A DNA stretch of 62,679 bases, the filler included, from Sphacelaria rigidula (Eukaryota): the NCBI GenBank assembly GCA_964200075.2. It is 6 parts of 6 records of this genome, joined end to end, with 100 filler letters (N's around TTAATTAATTAA, not from the genome) between each part and the next. Parts side by side here need not be neighbours in the genome. Positions count along the whole stretch, not along the records: positions 31,392 to 41,754 come from CAXNAA020006650.1; positions 41,855 to 52,217 come from CAXNAA020006651.1; 4 more parts are not named here. One strand, written 5' to 3'. Positions 37,031 through 50,517 of this stretch are shown one piece after another; the first letter of the stretch is position 1; every line of letters starts with the position of its first letter. The translations under genes were made by a program, and so were the position numbers. The notes beneath the pieces are model-generated. The model was not told the DNA's origin, made no database searches, and saw nothing but the letters and a program-made list of their open reading frames with translations.

Positions 37031-40000
37031 CTATTTGGAACAAAATGTAACGCCGGAATTTCGCATCAAAGAAAAGTGTACAGCCGCGCTAAAGTAAGGG
37101 CAGGGCTCCAAGTTCACAAACGGGCGACAGACAAGAGGTGCCGTGTGTGGAACGCTTTCTAATGGTCTAGACGACATGTAGGTGGGTGGGTCATCAAAAT
37201 TATGGACGTCTGAAAATTTCAATCCCGTACAAATGGTGAGGCAAAGACCTCAAAACGCACTGTGGCCGACGAACCACGTAAGAGAGTTAGGTTGATAGAC
37301 AGATACCACCAAGATTTCAAGCAATGTCCATCGTCCCTTGGATATTTGTGCGTGCTCGTGGTGTGTGTAGCTACGTGATCTCACGTAACAACTTTGGGAA
37401 ACACGGACTCTGCTGCATATCGTCGTTACTATCGCCAATCTCACATTATTTCAACCTCGGCAACTGTTTGGCGCATATTTCTTGTTTTTGAGGTTGCATT
37501 GAGTAGGGATGGAACACGTCAAAGCTTTTGGTGTGCTGTACAGCGCAGAATTTTTCGTAGGTAACACTGGCACTTGCAAATCGGAATACCAACAGTTAGT
37601 TCATTGCCCTGTAAAGTCTGCACTGGTAGCCAGCGACGGTCTACGCCCGGAAGGGCATCGTGGCTTGCATCTACTATACCCATGCACAACCCCATGAGCT
37701 GGCTACGCTTGCACAGCAGTGCTTCGCCTAGACTGAAACTGCTCCGAAGTAGCCGGAGACACGCGTGCAAGTCAGGCGCCAGGGTACAGTCCCCGCCCGC
37801 CGTCAACAAATAGCTACTTTTGCAAGAAACTGACGTCCGCTTGTTTTCGAAACATAACATACTGCTTGTGAAATACAAGGTTCAGTTCCCGCAGAAAAAA
37901 AAAAATCATGGGGATATGAGATGGCCTAAAAATGGCTCGATGCGAATAAGTGACAGGCGGGGCTAGTATTTTCACCTTCATCTGGATCACATTAGGGTAG
38001 CAATTCTCCTGTGATCATTTTTTCAGTCCGAAAATGAGTCAGGTTATAAGCGCACATTTACAAGCTAGCCACGGGTTTTGCGAATTTTGGTAACTCAAGA
38101 CCAAGCGTCATAACGGACTCGTGATTGGCACAAAATACCCGAGGACGAATACACTGGGAACCAGAGCAAGTATACCATGGGCAACTTATATTCCGACTGC
38201 TTACCACGTCCATCTCTTTTCGTTTTTCCTCACGGAGCACAGTTGCATGTAGTTCGTAACACGACACACACCACACACCCAAGGCAAACAAGCTGCGCTT
38301 GCATGTTAATAGACGACACAGAAATTTGGTTGGACATTTCCACACTTCTCAATTATCTCCCGCGATTGAGTTATTCACAAGAGGATGAGGTCGTTTTCAT
38401 TACTGTTGTGGAGTTGTCGCTTAACATGTGCTGTTGACCATGGATTGCGATCCTGCCTGCTGTTTCACGGCAAATCAAATTGCATTCACACAATCTGTAC
38501 CCTACTATCTGTACTTTACCTGTGGTACAGTACATTTTACAACAGTGCCCTAGCGGACTAGTGCAGTAGGGTACATTATCGAACTTGCTATGTATAACGC
38601 CCCTCTGACCGAGCAACCCACGTCATGTATCGCAAAGATGGAGGCATACAGCAGAAAATAACATGGGTTAGAGTTCACAACAGGTTCTTTGTCTAAGTCC
38701 CGAAGTTTGTTGACTGAATATTTCCGGGTAAAAGTTACCCTATGCAAATTTTAATTCGTCTGCACTTCATGCTTCAAATCTAGAGCGGCCGCCGGGTGCA
38801 AACTGCCACGTTGGTTGGTGAGAGTACGCTACACAAATGCCTCACTACCCGGAGACTGCCCAGCCAACCCCCAATACAGGTAACTTTTACCACGGTTGGG
38901 GAAGGTGAGGGGCCCGGTGCCGTGAGGAGGGATGCTATCTGATAGCTGGTCTTTGTCAGCCATGAACTTCACACGCCAGCCTCACCTGTTCGAACCCGAC
39001 TCCCCACTAATTTTGGGGGTCATTTCATTAACTTTGGACCGCTTGGCGGCCTGCCATCGATTATGGGTTACTTTGTCGGTTGCTATCCTCCACGGTAATG
39101 TAGAACATTGAGCAAAGGTGTGCCCTTCCCGCAAACCTCCCAAGACGTGTAACGATTGATTGATATCGAGGTAACAGGAGGAGCTGAAAGGATACCTTGA
39201 GGCAACGAACCCATCCCGAAGAAGTTGAAAGTGGGACATAAAAACGATAAAAAATACGTTGTACATGCTATGAGGGCTCATGTCTCTTGGTGGTTTTGTC
39301 GGCGGTTGGGCATGCATACAAATACTGGCTTTGCTTAGAGGGTGTGAAACGATGCCCAAGTTATACAAATTTGTTCGACATTCAGACAGGTCTCGAGAGA
39401 TCTTGAGGGGTGAAGAAAAATCATCAAGACTTGGGGCTGGTAGGGGACGTCGGAACTTATGCGCTGGTGAGCGTATAATAGTGGGTGTGTGAGAGTGGCT
39501 GGCGTTCGAGCTCCGAAACATTGGCGAAAATAGTTGGTAGTATATAGAGGGCTTACCCTGAGTTTGAGGTGTGCAGTATTTTGAAAGCTGCATTGACTGT
39601 GCGTCGGTGCCTCGGTGGGTGTGGAGTATGCGTGCCTCGGAAAGAACAGGACACAAAGCTCCAGAATAAACAAAAACGACACATTGCGGGACGTTTCTCA
39701 ACACCAGTTAATATGTTCTCTGTGCGAATTGAAAGGGGGTGTGTCCACAGGGTCATGTACTTTCCATCAAGAATGAGATGTTATGTATCTTGAACACAAA
39801 ACAAAACCGTGTTCCTTCAAGTGCATTTTATTTACCGCTCTCTAGCGGGGTGACGACGATTGTTTGTTGTGTCTTCGTGTGTTCTCATCATCCGACGTAT
39901 GGAACATGCGCCGGTATGCGCCGGGCATATGTTGTTGCGTCACAATTGTCGGCGGGTGCAGCAAGTGACAGATCTCCCAGTCTTGAGGGCCCTCTCCCGG

Positions 40001-41754
40001 TCCCCTGCTCCCTTACTTGGCCTGATAGTATAAGTTTACAAGTAGGCCGAAAACCACCATAAAAGGAGAATGCAGCCCCCTGGAAGGAGCTGCATTGCGG
40101 TCTATACCTTTGTATTTCTTCCAGTCTTCTACCCGAACTTGCAGCAGTATCTTTTCTTGCGGCAATACAGTCAACACGTTCAGGACACGCTCTCAGTAAT
40201 ACTGTAAAAATCTTGTTTACCCCAGTGGCACACGTGCACTGTCATGGGTCCTGAATAACTGAACAGATCGCCGTTAAACCAAGCGTGACGTCGGCAGCTA
40301 GGCAAGGGTGATACTTGCGGCTATTACATAGAGGCTGGGGGATCCTATGCATAGCATGTTCTTCCCGAGCACATCACGCACACAACATGCGCGGTGTTTT
40401 TTGTTTCCTCCGCACGCATCCTACGACACTTTACCCCCAAAAAGCAACACAGCACGAGCACATTATTTTGCTTGGACCCAGAGCTCGTAACATCGTGAAC
40501 AAGTGCAGGTCACAAGTGTGCACACTCATTCCGGCAGAGATGGTCTTGGTCAACGCGGTCTCTTGGTTGTGAAGCGAACAATTTCAACCCGCCGTAGACT
40601 TCCCACTTGCATTATTCATGTGACCTCTCAGTGACTAAAAATAAACGGGGGCAAACTGTCGGATTGCAACCTCAACTTTCCAGCCTATTCATATGAATCC
40701 ACACTGTGCTTGGGATCGTCAAGTTCCAGCTGCATGTTGTGCTCAGCATTCGGGCTGAACCCCGTTGAAAATGTGCCAGAAACTATCACTCACTTGGTTC
40801 CAGTGTAGCACCACATTCGCCAATTTCTGGTCCCATGAAAAAACACGAAAAAAGCATCAAATGCATCTTCGTTTCAAAGGTACTGCAAAACAGGTGTGTC
40901 GGCTTTCGTGTTTGAAACCCAAAGGCAAGAAAACCTTAACCTACCCGCTCAATCATGATCCTGGGCTGCTGCACTTTTACCGTGTAAAAACTAAACTAAC
41001 CTCAACCACAAACCAAGGCATGCCTAGAACCCTCGGCAAGGGGAGAGCAAAGGGTGCTCCAGGCAAAGTGTGCGTTGGCAGACCGCAAATCGGCGCCCTG
41101 CGGCGCCGATTTGAACCAAAACGCGTTCTGCGCACTTCATGAGCATTTAGGACTGTCCGCCCCACTAAAGATCCGACTATTGATGTTCAGTCTCAAACCA
41201 AGCAATATTAAGCATGGATAATTTGGAGGCGACCTGGCGTAGATTTGCTGAAAAAGTGCACTTTTCTCCCTCATCCATGGCATGTTGCCGCTGCACGCCT
41301 CATACCTAAAATATTTTGGCAGACTGCGCTTGGAGCGGGACGGATTTGCTCGGTAACCACCAATCAGATCGCTCGATTTCGCTTGGGAATCGCCAGGGGA
41401 GTAGTCTGAAACCTAGTGTTCGTGCAGTCTAATCTCGTAGCGCGTTCCAACTCAATACAGTTGCACGGTACAGTACAGGCCTCCAACGCACAGCACCAGC
41501 AGGAGTGTCGCAGCGACGGACAGCGCGTTGTTCGTCTTACGAAAGACGAAACAGCCCCTACACCCATAACAAGGTTTTCGCGAGATTGAGAGTTGGGTGC
41601 GATTGAGAGTGGCCTTGATCATTCTCTTTAACTTGGCCAATTTTTCATTCCGTGTATGCTTTTCTTCGTCTTATCACTGCCATGTGCTTACAGCCACACG
41701 TTGATATCCTACTCAGGGGTATCGAGGGCCCCAGTGGCAAGCTACTACAGAGAG

Positions 41755-41854
41755 NNNNNNNNNNNNNNNNNNNNNNNNNNNNNNNNNNNNNNNNNNNNTT
41801 AATTAATTAANNNNNNNNNNNNNNNNNNNNNNNNNNNNNNNNNNNNNNNNNNNN
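41755..41854. other. Artificial contig spacer
   Basis: N44-TTAATTAATTAA-N44. Confidence 0.99.
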
Positions 41855-42200
41855 CCCCGGCTGATGCACACACACACACCGAAAGGTGTAGATTGGTGCC
41901 CAGAATAAATGGGACGACAACACACACAACACAGGAACGGTGCTCCGTCTCGAAAGGGATGCGTGGTCAATGCTCAAACGACTGAGGCAAGCAACAAATG
42001 AGTACGCTCCTTCCTCCCCCCCCCCACGCACACACACTCGACCTTTCCTTGTATTCAGCGAGTGAGTGTTTCTGTTTTGTTTACATTGGGTACGTTCATC
42101 TCATGGATAATGACCAAGGCAAGGCTTGATCTTTCATCACTCGAGGATCAGTTTATGTGCAGCAATCGATCAATGAATCGATGAAACAATCAATCAAATC
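41855..42200 (+). repeat. 3' end of SINE family A (41855-41931) abutting the 3' part of repeat family B with a (TCAA)n-like tail (41933-42200)
   Basis: CCCCGGCTGATG...CCGAAAGGTGTAGATTGG...GACAACAC matches family A. The next block matches 9810-9885, and its GACCAAGGC...CAATCGAT...CAATCAATCAA end resembles the reverse complement of the insert at 22620-22683. Confidence 0.75.
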
Positions 42201-42943
42201 GACGCCACTACCTTTCAATCATGAGCAGTCAGACCGGAGCACGTAATACCGTATCCACCCATGCCCTCGATAACAGTTTGGATAAAGCAAGCTTGTACAA
42301 TCGGGAGTCCTGCTCAGCGGATGTCCTCTACGCCTTCTCAAGCCAAATACGTGGATTGCACTGAAGGTTTGAGCCGTGTTTCAGTTCATGGGCGTCGCGC
42401 GCAGCGCTGTAGTAATGACGCGCGGCGAACGACACGGGCTCAGTCCCGGCACCGATTGTTATGCTGTAACCACGCGTGCCGAACTGGTTGCCGCGAGGGG
42501 GTATTGGGGAGGCACAGCAGCAGTATCGCAACGGAACTTGCACTGGACTGTTCAAAAGACACCCACTCATCTGCGTTCGTTTTTCTCCGGAAAATGATGC
42601 TTGTTTCTTCGTCTCTGGAAAAAGACTACAAGTTTACAGACATCGCGACGACTCATCCCCTCCAATACACTCATCCTCGTTTGTTGGTCGTTCTCTAGGA
42701 TCACTTCAGGCATCCATAGTTTGCATATGCCGATCGTAGTGGCATGAGTGCGGCGAGGACTACGAATAGGGCGCGTGTTGCTCGTGTTTTCTAGAATGTT
42801 CGATATACGAAAAAAGTCATGGACACATGGGTACCCTGCCTGCCTCACTATGCCCGTTCTCACCCTGTCCTTCTGCCGCGTCCACCCGGACTTTGCGTAA
42901 TCTACTCTGCTGTTTTTGTTTACATCCCCTCTTGATGCCTCAG

Positions 42944-45220
42944 CTACCGTCCACCCCGGGTTCACGAAATTACAGGAGGTGATCGACAAGCACCGAGCTT
43001 GCGGATTGGTGAGTGATCGATAAACTGACGGCGACATCTGCTCGTGTTCTTTCGACCAGAAAAATTGGCGACCCTTGCAGGCTGCATGCAAGTAGCACGC
43101 GAATTACCGGGGTAACAGTGCGGGAGTTCGAAACGCTACGCTGCCATTTTTTGCGATAATAAATCAGCTAGACCTGAAATGACCGAATAGCTCGGTGGGG
43201 TCCGGCTTGCACTTCATGAGTTGTTTCGGATTTCTGATCGTGCGGCAGGCAAGGATGTTTCTGTGTCAGTAGTCCACTCGCTCTTTTTTTTTAGTAAATC
43301 AAGACAAGTGTCATGCATAGGAGTACTCGAGACGTCATCATGCTCTAGAACATCATGTTTTTATAACAGCGATTTGTTCACACGGGGGTTGCAGCATTCC
43401 TGGACGGCATCCGCCGTTCAACTCTGACGTGCTTTCGCCAGAAGAATGGGGGTTTAGTCCCGGTATTCAAGGCCTGGACTGACTCACAGCAGACTTTCGT
43501 CAGGCAGGCACACGAGCTCCGAATCGTGCATAATCAGTGAAACACGGGAAGAATAAGGTCAGACGTACAATCCTCGCTCGACATGTGCTTTCTCTTTCAC
43601 ACGACGTGCTGTTTCAGGTTGTGGGATGGCCGCTGACGAAGGCGGGTATAGCCGAAATGGAGTGCGTTAAAATCTTGCGCTTTCTGTCGGACATGATGCT
43701 CAAGGGAAAGGTGACCCTGGTGCACCTGCTGTGGCTGTGACTGTGGCTGTGGCTGGTGACGACCATGAGAATCGATCGGCTCGGGTCACGTTTGTTTTGC
43801 TGTGTTCGCGGTTGTTTTTCCACGGCGAAGCAGTCCGTCAAGCGCGGGGGGATACGTTGTGAGGCACTGGCGGTGCTGTGGCAGTGTTGTTCGTGGAGCG
43901 TTGTACCAACCGTCGTTGTACTGTAGTAAGGGGCACGTGAAGGCGACCATCGTTCCCACCGGTGGCGGTAGCTTCATGAGTTGGTGCCACCCGTCCTTTT
44001 TTGCGCAGTATCGCACATGCTCTGCAGCACAGTATGCTCGTTTCGCAGAGCAGTTTTTTTTCAACGCTGTTGTGGCTGTGTGCCTGACAGGCGCAGGTTG
44101 CCAACATCTCAGAACATCTCGAGTAGGGAGTCCAGTATATACTGCGCGATGATCGAATTGCGTTGTCCGCTGTCGTGATATCTTGACTGCCTAGCATATG
44201 TATTTGACCGCCACTTTCGAATAGTTTTATTATTGAGTCAAGATAGTTGTGACATTTTGTCGTCCAGCCCTGAATTTTGAAGCTACCGATGTGCTCTGTT
44301 TCGTTTTGGTGACTGGCAGATAGCCCTCCCGGTGACATTTTACGACGAACGAAATACAACCGCCATAGCTTTGAGCAAGCTCAGGAAGTACAAGCGATTG
44401 GAAGGTGGGTTTCCGATTGTCGCGGCGTACTGCACGTTGCACGGAGCGGGATCCTTCTTTCGTACTCTACACCGCGGTGTGTTTTACTATCTTTTCATGG
44501 AGAACGTTTGCTAGTATGCTCACTTCTCAAAGCTGTATCACGTTTGTGGCGTTATAGGCACATTGGCCTTAGCAAATTGGCTCAGCTCAGGCAGCCCCAC
44601 AAAGGACCTTGGACATTCATTCCTTTTTCGACGCCCTCCTTCATTCACGTACACATCTCCTCCTCTTTTTGCCTTCCGCCATGAATTTTTGTCAATACCT
44701 TGAGCAGGGGATGTTGAGCTCGCGGAGTTAGTGAACCAAACGGCGGCCATGTTCATCCTCAGGGTAAGCGGGACAGAGCTACATACTCTCTGGTGCCGCC
44801 ATGTCGAATGCAGTACAGTGCATGCGGCTTGTAATGATGGCTCAACACAACCAATTTCGTAGGCCTTGCTTCGTATTCGTCTGGGTTTGACACAGTCCAC
44901 AGGCGCATGATCATTGAAATCTCGGCAAAAATGCGCGACCCACGTTGCACTCTAGAGCGCAGGCTTTGATCCTGTATTTCACAGTGTCACAAGTATTCGT
45001 CTACAGTATATACCGTGAGAACTTCCCCCGACTTGTGTCTGTCTTCTTCCTGCCGCAGAGATTTCTTAAAAGCACAGAGTTTGCCGGAAGCATGAGAGAG
45101 GGCCGAACACTGCAGGAAGTTCAGCAGAACAAGCAGCAACGTTCAAGCAACGACGTTTTATCAAGCATAGCCAGTACTAGGCCAAGTAATAGGATCGATG
45201 AAAATGGATGCAGTCGGTGA
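42944..45220 (+). CDS. YqgF/RuvX-family RNase H-fold nuclease (putative pre-16S rRNA nuclease / Holliday junction resolvase-like); N-terminal exon(s) not resolved
   Basis: Exons 42944-43008, 43618-43710, 44320-44404, 44708-44763 and 45059-45220 splice in frame. Translation: KLQEVIDKHRACGL/VVGWPLTKAG...ILRFLSDMMLKGK/IALPVTFYDERNTTAIALSKL...E/GDVELAELVNQTAAMFILR/RFL..., matching the YqgF motifs VVGxP, P(V)xxxDERxTT and (D)xxAAxxIL. Confidence 0.85.
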
Positions 45221-48200
45221 CGAGTGTCAGCGCGCAGATAAGTATGCTGAATAACCCCCCCCCCCCCCCAACTTTTGAATTTTGTTCGGGCATAGGCATG
45301 TCCTGATATTCAATGATGGATGAGGGCAAGTGTGATCTATTTTGTGAACAAGCGGTGTCCTTCGGTGGGATGGTGTTGCGCTAGTAGAGTCCCGACAGGA
45401 GAGCTTCCAAGCTTGAGGATACACATCTCGTTAGTTGGAAGAAGGAAGTGCCCACCAGACCACCATTGGCTTGCATGCTGACTGCGTGGTGCGTCTATGA
45501 CAAGTTGGTCTTGTAGTGGGTGAGTCCTCAAGACCTACAGAAGGAGTGTCGACGTTACTTTCCGCGAGGAATTGACAGACGTCAGTCGGTTCAGGTCTAG
45601 TGTTACGTCAGTCAATCCTTCCAGAGTGTTGTAGAAGTTAGTTCCTCTCAACCAACCGGGCTTTAGCTCTGGCTGAACGAGTTGTATGCAGCAGGGCATG
45701 GGTTGTGTCACTGGTTACGCGTCGTCCACACGTTTGGGTACTACCCAACAGTGCTCAGAAGGGGTAAATGATTACTGACCCGTGTTTGTTGAGGAGGACT
45801 TGCTCATCACCTGTCAACATTAGTGAACCGAGATATGACTTTTCTTGCTTAGTCACCACAAGGTCCCGGGTTCTAATCCCTGGCCAGTCACCCCCGTAGG
45901 CGTAAAAAGAAACGGAGGCAGGTGAGGGTCACAGCCTCAGACTTTACACTTCCTGGTCCAAGAACAATGGGCGCTTCAGTGGAAACCGTTCGTTTACGAA
46001 CCCAACGCACGCGAAAGATGGGCGAAAAAGTGCACAAAACCCTCACTGGTGGCTGGCGAAAAAATCACCCCTACTAAAGTTTCTTGTCTCGAAAAAGCAC
46101 GAAGAGGCACACATGGAATGAGCCGACGATGTCAACACCACGTCATGGAATGGGAAAATCGGAAACTACCACCACAATGAATGCCTGTTCAGAAGTGACC
46201 ACCCCTGCATGGACGAGCACGTCTCGAACTGAGAGGTTGCAAAATTGTGCACACCTTGGACAATATATGATCAATAGTTGCAATAGACAAGAAATGTACT
46301 GAATAAAGTATAGGCCTGTTGCGACTCTTGTCGGCCGGCAATAATTGCATTAGACCTATACTTCATGCAGTACACTTCTCGTCCATTGCATCTATTGACC
46401 GTATATTGTCCAAGGTGTGAAATTGTGTGACTGCATTGCCGGTGGGTACATGTTTCTACAAGTTCCAGCAGGCCGTCTCTTCGTCCACAGATGGACGACA
46501 CTGACATCGGGGAGTGATAATTTTCCATTACACAAGGGGCCAGATGTTTCCATCCATCTCACAGAACCAGAATGTTGCCATCTCATGCGAAAGTTCGGCA
46601 AGACCGAACTGCGTGGCGAAGAACCGGCGTGTCGAGAATTAGCAAAAAACGATTGATCGTTGACTAAAGTTCTTGTTCGACGTCAACGCACTGCACTTGA
46701 ACTGGAGAACACGGCAATGTTCCTCTTGTCAAACAGCAGGAACAAAAACGTAGACGACGGACCAGCGTCATCCACACGAAACACCCGCTCCCGACTGGCA
46801 ATACGTGGGATAGTACGGGTGTGAAGACATGACTCCAGTAGTGGCAGTGGTGTGTAATAAAAAAAAATGCTACACGCATGCCATATGCTGTTATCCACAT
46901 CCTCATGAAGAGTGGACAGTGATGGCAGTACCCTCGGGGACCTTATGTCAACCGAGAGGGTGTTGCTGCTCAGACACTCAGAGCATTACTTCGCAACCCA
47001 GGCATGACATGGTGTATAACCTCGTTGTATTACGCAAAACGTTTCAAGACACCGCGAGGACTGCAACAGATATCATATATATTATTAAAAGCACAGAAAG
47101 CAACAAGTTCACCGAAACCGAATATAATATCATGAATAAATTGTGAAAACAATCAAAACCCGTGCGCGAAAGTTTATCGTCTCCCCAACCGCGGCGTCCA
47201 CACATCAATGCTATACCCAAGTCAGCACTCTTCAATCCCTCATCTAAACTGACCCGGACTGCACCCGCGATGGGGCACCGCCAATTCATCCCGACGAGAC
47301 GCACCAAAACCACACAATCAACTTCTGTCTCGAGCATACTACAGCTAGAGAACAGGCGCCAAGTGGGCTTTATACACAGAAATATCCAACGCCAGAACTA
47401 TCGAAGCCAGCGACGCGTCTTGCGCGAGCCCGGTACAACTAACATGTGTAACAAAACCCTCCACAATTCTCCTCCTATCGAGCACAGAAGAAAAACACGT
47501 ACAAACGTACACATACACAATACACAACACGCTTGCCATACTTTGACCGAAGGACGTCAGCGTGTTTGCGATCAGAATCTTCCCGGCAAGCGAAAACAGA
47601 AGACACGTGAACACATGGTGGATTCGAGGGCTGGACGCCAACACATCTGCGCTCAGCACCTTTTCATCAAGCGGCAATCGATACACGTACACCACAAGAA
47701 CACAAGATACACAGTAATTGCCGAGACTTAGGAACACAGAGGGCCAACGCGTTTGCGACACAGCAACACTGCACCGAATGCCAAACAAGTGACGTATCGT
47801 TCTATCCCTCCCGAACCTCGCCATAATTTCCTACTAGGTCGCCAATCCAAACTAAAATATGTTTTTTTTTTTCTCTTTTTTTTCTTCCCAATGTACCGCC
47901 ATCTGTCCGACTATTCACGACGTTCCACATAACGCCTACTACTCTCGACATCAAAACACACCAAAAGACTCGTAGAAAAGTCCCAAGCCGACCGGACAAC
48001 CAAATGCACGCACCAATCACAACACCAACAACGCACTCAAGCATTCATCACAATCGTACCACGCACAGTACCGTGGCCAAGCTGTCTTTTGCCTGTCGCA
48101 ACGCGTCTATTCAGACCTGAACACGCATTTCACGTTTCTTTTTCGGTAGTCACTTCTCCGCCCGAGGTCAAATACCAAAATCAGGCATTCCCTCGTTTCC

Positions 48201-49692
48201 AAAGTAGGTAGGTGTCTCTACAAATTGCTCCACAGTACAAAAAAATTAAATGAAATTAAAGAAAAAAAAAATCGCCACTCGAACTTCGCAATAAGAAGTG
48301 TACCTTAAAACTACTCCAGTGCCTCTAAACTATGATACCCAAGACAACCACAAGCAAAATCGAGAGGTGGTCAACCAGCGCACACAACATATGTCGGTCT
48401 ACGAGACGGAAACGCTTTTAGCCCGAGAACGAACAAAGGAACTGGACACAAAAAAAAGTCTGACAAAACCAAATCCTCGTGTAAACGAGAAGGGACAGGG
48501 GAATCTGCTATATCGTCCACCCTGTGGTTTTCGGTTCGAAACCTGTACGTGTTTTACACCCCTCTCTTTTCCATGCCTCTTCGCACCGCTGCTATCAACA
48601 TTGTCTGAAAAAAAATGCTACTTTGCGAACGGCACAGCGGGGGGGGTCAGGAGAAAACGGACAGCCTGCGGAGGTCATTCGAAAGATGCAAAACAGGGGG
48701 TATAGAGACCGAACATTGACCAAATACACAATATGCTTCTTCGCCGTTCTCTCCAAGAGAACGGCCGGGATAGACATACGCCGTATCAGCGGTACGAAAA
48801 AAACAAGAGCAAAGCCGAAATAAAAATCGTTGTTGTGTATCTCCTCCAAACCTTTCAAAACATAGCGACAACACGTAAGCGAAACACACAAGACAAAAAA
48901 GCCCCTCATCGAGTTTTTTTTCCCTCATCACACATCACTCCAAACACACTCTTACGCACAAACAAACGCACAGGCCGAACAAACACGGGAATCAAAACCC
49001 TCCGGCAACACCACCCTCCTGAAAAGACAACAAAAAATATAAAAGCTTTGTAGGAACGACAGATGACCCACTAATCAAACACATCACACACACGTAAAAC
49101 AGACAGTCCACAAACAGATCACCAACAAGTGAAAAAAACCGACAAAACCAAGTTAGACCAGAACCCGGGACATGACATGCAGACAAATACAACGACACTA
49201 CAGCACGAAAGCGCTAGGCACAATCAGGGGAACTCGAAATACAGCGGAGTAACAGCGCGCGGGAGGCGGCCGAAACATGCAAAAAAAGTAAAGACTTCGT
49301 CGACCGTAAGAGCACGGTAGAAAATATAACATGAGAAAACCTGCCCCCGCGCGCCGAAAAAAATACCAACTGATATGTAATGATTGTAGTGATTTTTCCG
49401 CCAATCTCTCTTCCCGGTTCGTGGCCTGTCCTTGACAACTTTCTCGGCGTGTTCGAAGGACAACGCTAACCAACCTGAACTGTTATTTCCGGTAACTACT
49501 CCTCACATAAATCATGCTTCTTTTTCATCCAAAACTCATTCCAAGTACATGCCAACGAGCGAGAACACCTCGACAAAAGCACCGAAAAAAAAAAGGTGGT
49601 GTCTCATCGGAATAGAATATCCAGACGAAGGGTACCCCAAAATCACCGTCCCATCAAACTACACATCGCAGTAACTACCCTTCGTCGTTTCG

Positions 49693-50517
49693 TCACACTT
49701 CCATATCCATGCCAAACCCAAATATATCCTCAATACCTTCGCTTCTTGCGTCTACCTCTGGATCTGGATCTGGATCTGACTCCGACTCTAATTCTGAGCC
49801 TGAATCCACGTCTTTATCGCCCTCTCCCGCCAGCTCACGCTCCGCCCTGACACGGTTCACAACAGCCTCCCACTTGAGCAAGTGAGGGGCAGGCGCCCTC
49901 TCCTCCAGAGCCCCGAAGGCCGTCGACCAAGCACTGTTTTCCGCTCCGGCAGTTTGCGAGAAATCCTCGATTTCGAGGTAAGGTTTGGTGTCTTCTCGTT
50001 TCAACAGCGGGCTGGGTATGTTGATCGGCTCGGAAATGGCTGAAACTGTCGATGACATGAACGACTCCCTCGTGCTTTGGTTCAACTGGTGGTGATCATA
50101 TTGGTGACGGGGGAAAAACTCCACGTGTGGTTCGCTCTGGAAATGTTGTATCACCATGTCTTGCAAGTGGCTTGTGCTGATGGCGCCGGGGCTTACGGTG
50201 AGACGAGGACTGTCCTCTGCACCCTCAGCAGCTACAGCAAGAGCAGCCGTGCTTGTAGATACACTGTTCTCTGCTGTCGAAGACTCGTCGGCTTCCAGCG
50301 ATAACGTAAGGGTGTTGTGTTGCGATCTCTCCCGTTTCACCGGCACTGGGCGCGGGGCAGCAACAGCAGTAGTAGCAGTAGCACTCGCAGCAGTAGCAGT
50401 GGAAACGAGTGTGGCCTTGGTGGCAATCGAGACGGACCGCCGTCGGAATCGTTGACCCCACTTTCCAAACACACCACCGTGATGCAGGGCACCGTGGTTT
50501 CGCGACAAGAAGAACGG
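49693..50517 (-). CDS. Probable terminal exon of an unknown protein, S/T/A- and acidic low-complexity
   Basis: A 280-codon ORF with protein-like composition ending ...SEGIEDIFGFGMDMEV*. Candidate acceptor TACGCCCAG lies downstream of a (CA)n tract, and ~2.5 kb of strand-biased UTR-like sequence follows. Upstream exons were not resolved. Confidence 0.55.
   Translation of the reverse strand, partial: PFFLSRNHGALHHGGVFGKWGQRFRRRSVSIATKATLVSTATAASATATTAVAAPRPVPVKRERSQHNTLTLSLEADESSTAENSVSTSTAALAVAAEGAEDSPRLTVSPGAISTSHLQDMVIQHFQSEPHVEFFPRHQYDHHQLNQSTRESFMSSTVSAISEPINIPSPLLKREDTKPYLEIEDFSQTAGAENSAWSTAFGALEERAPAPHLLKWEAVVNRVRAERELAGEGDKDVDSGSELESESDPDPDPEVDARSEGIEDIFGFGMDMEV

Noticed and set aside
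45560..46110. Possible dispersed repeat with an internal B-box-like motif
   Set aside because: Only one copy in the window, so its repeat status cannot be shown here.
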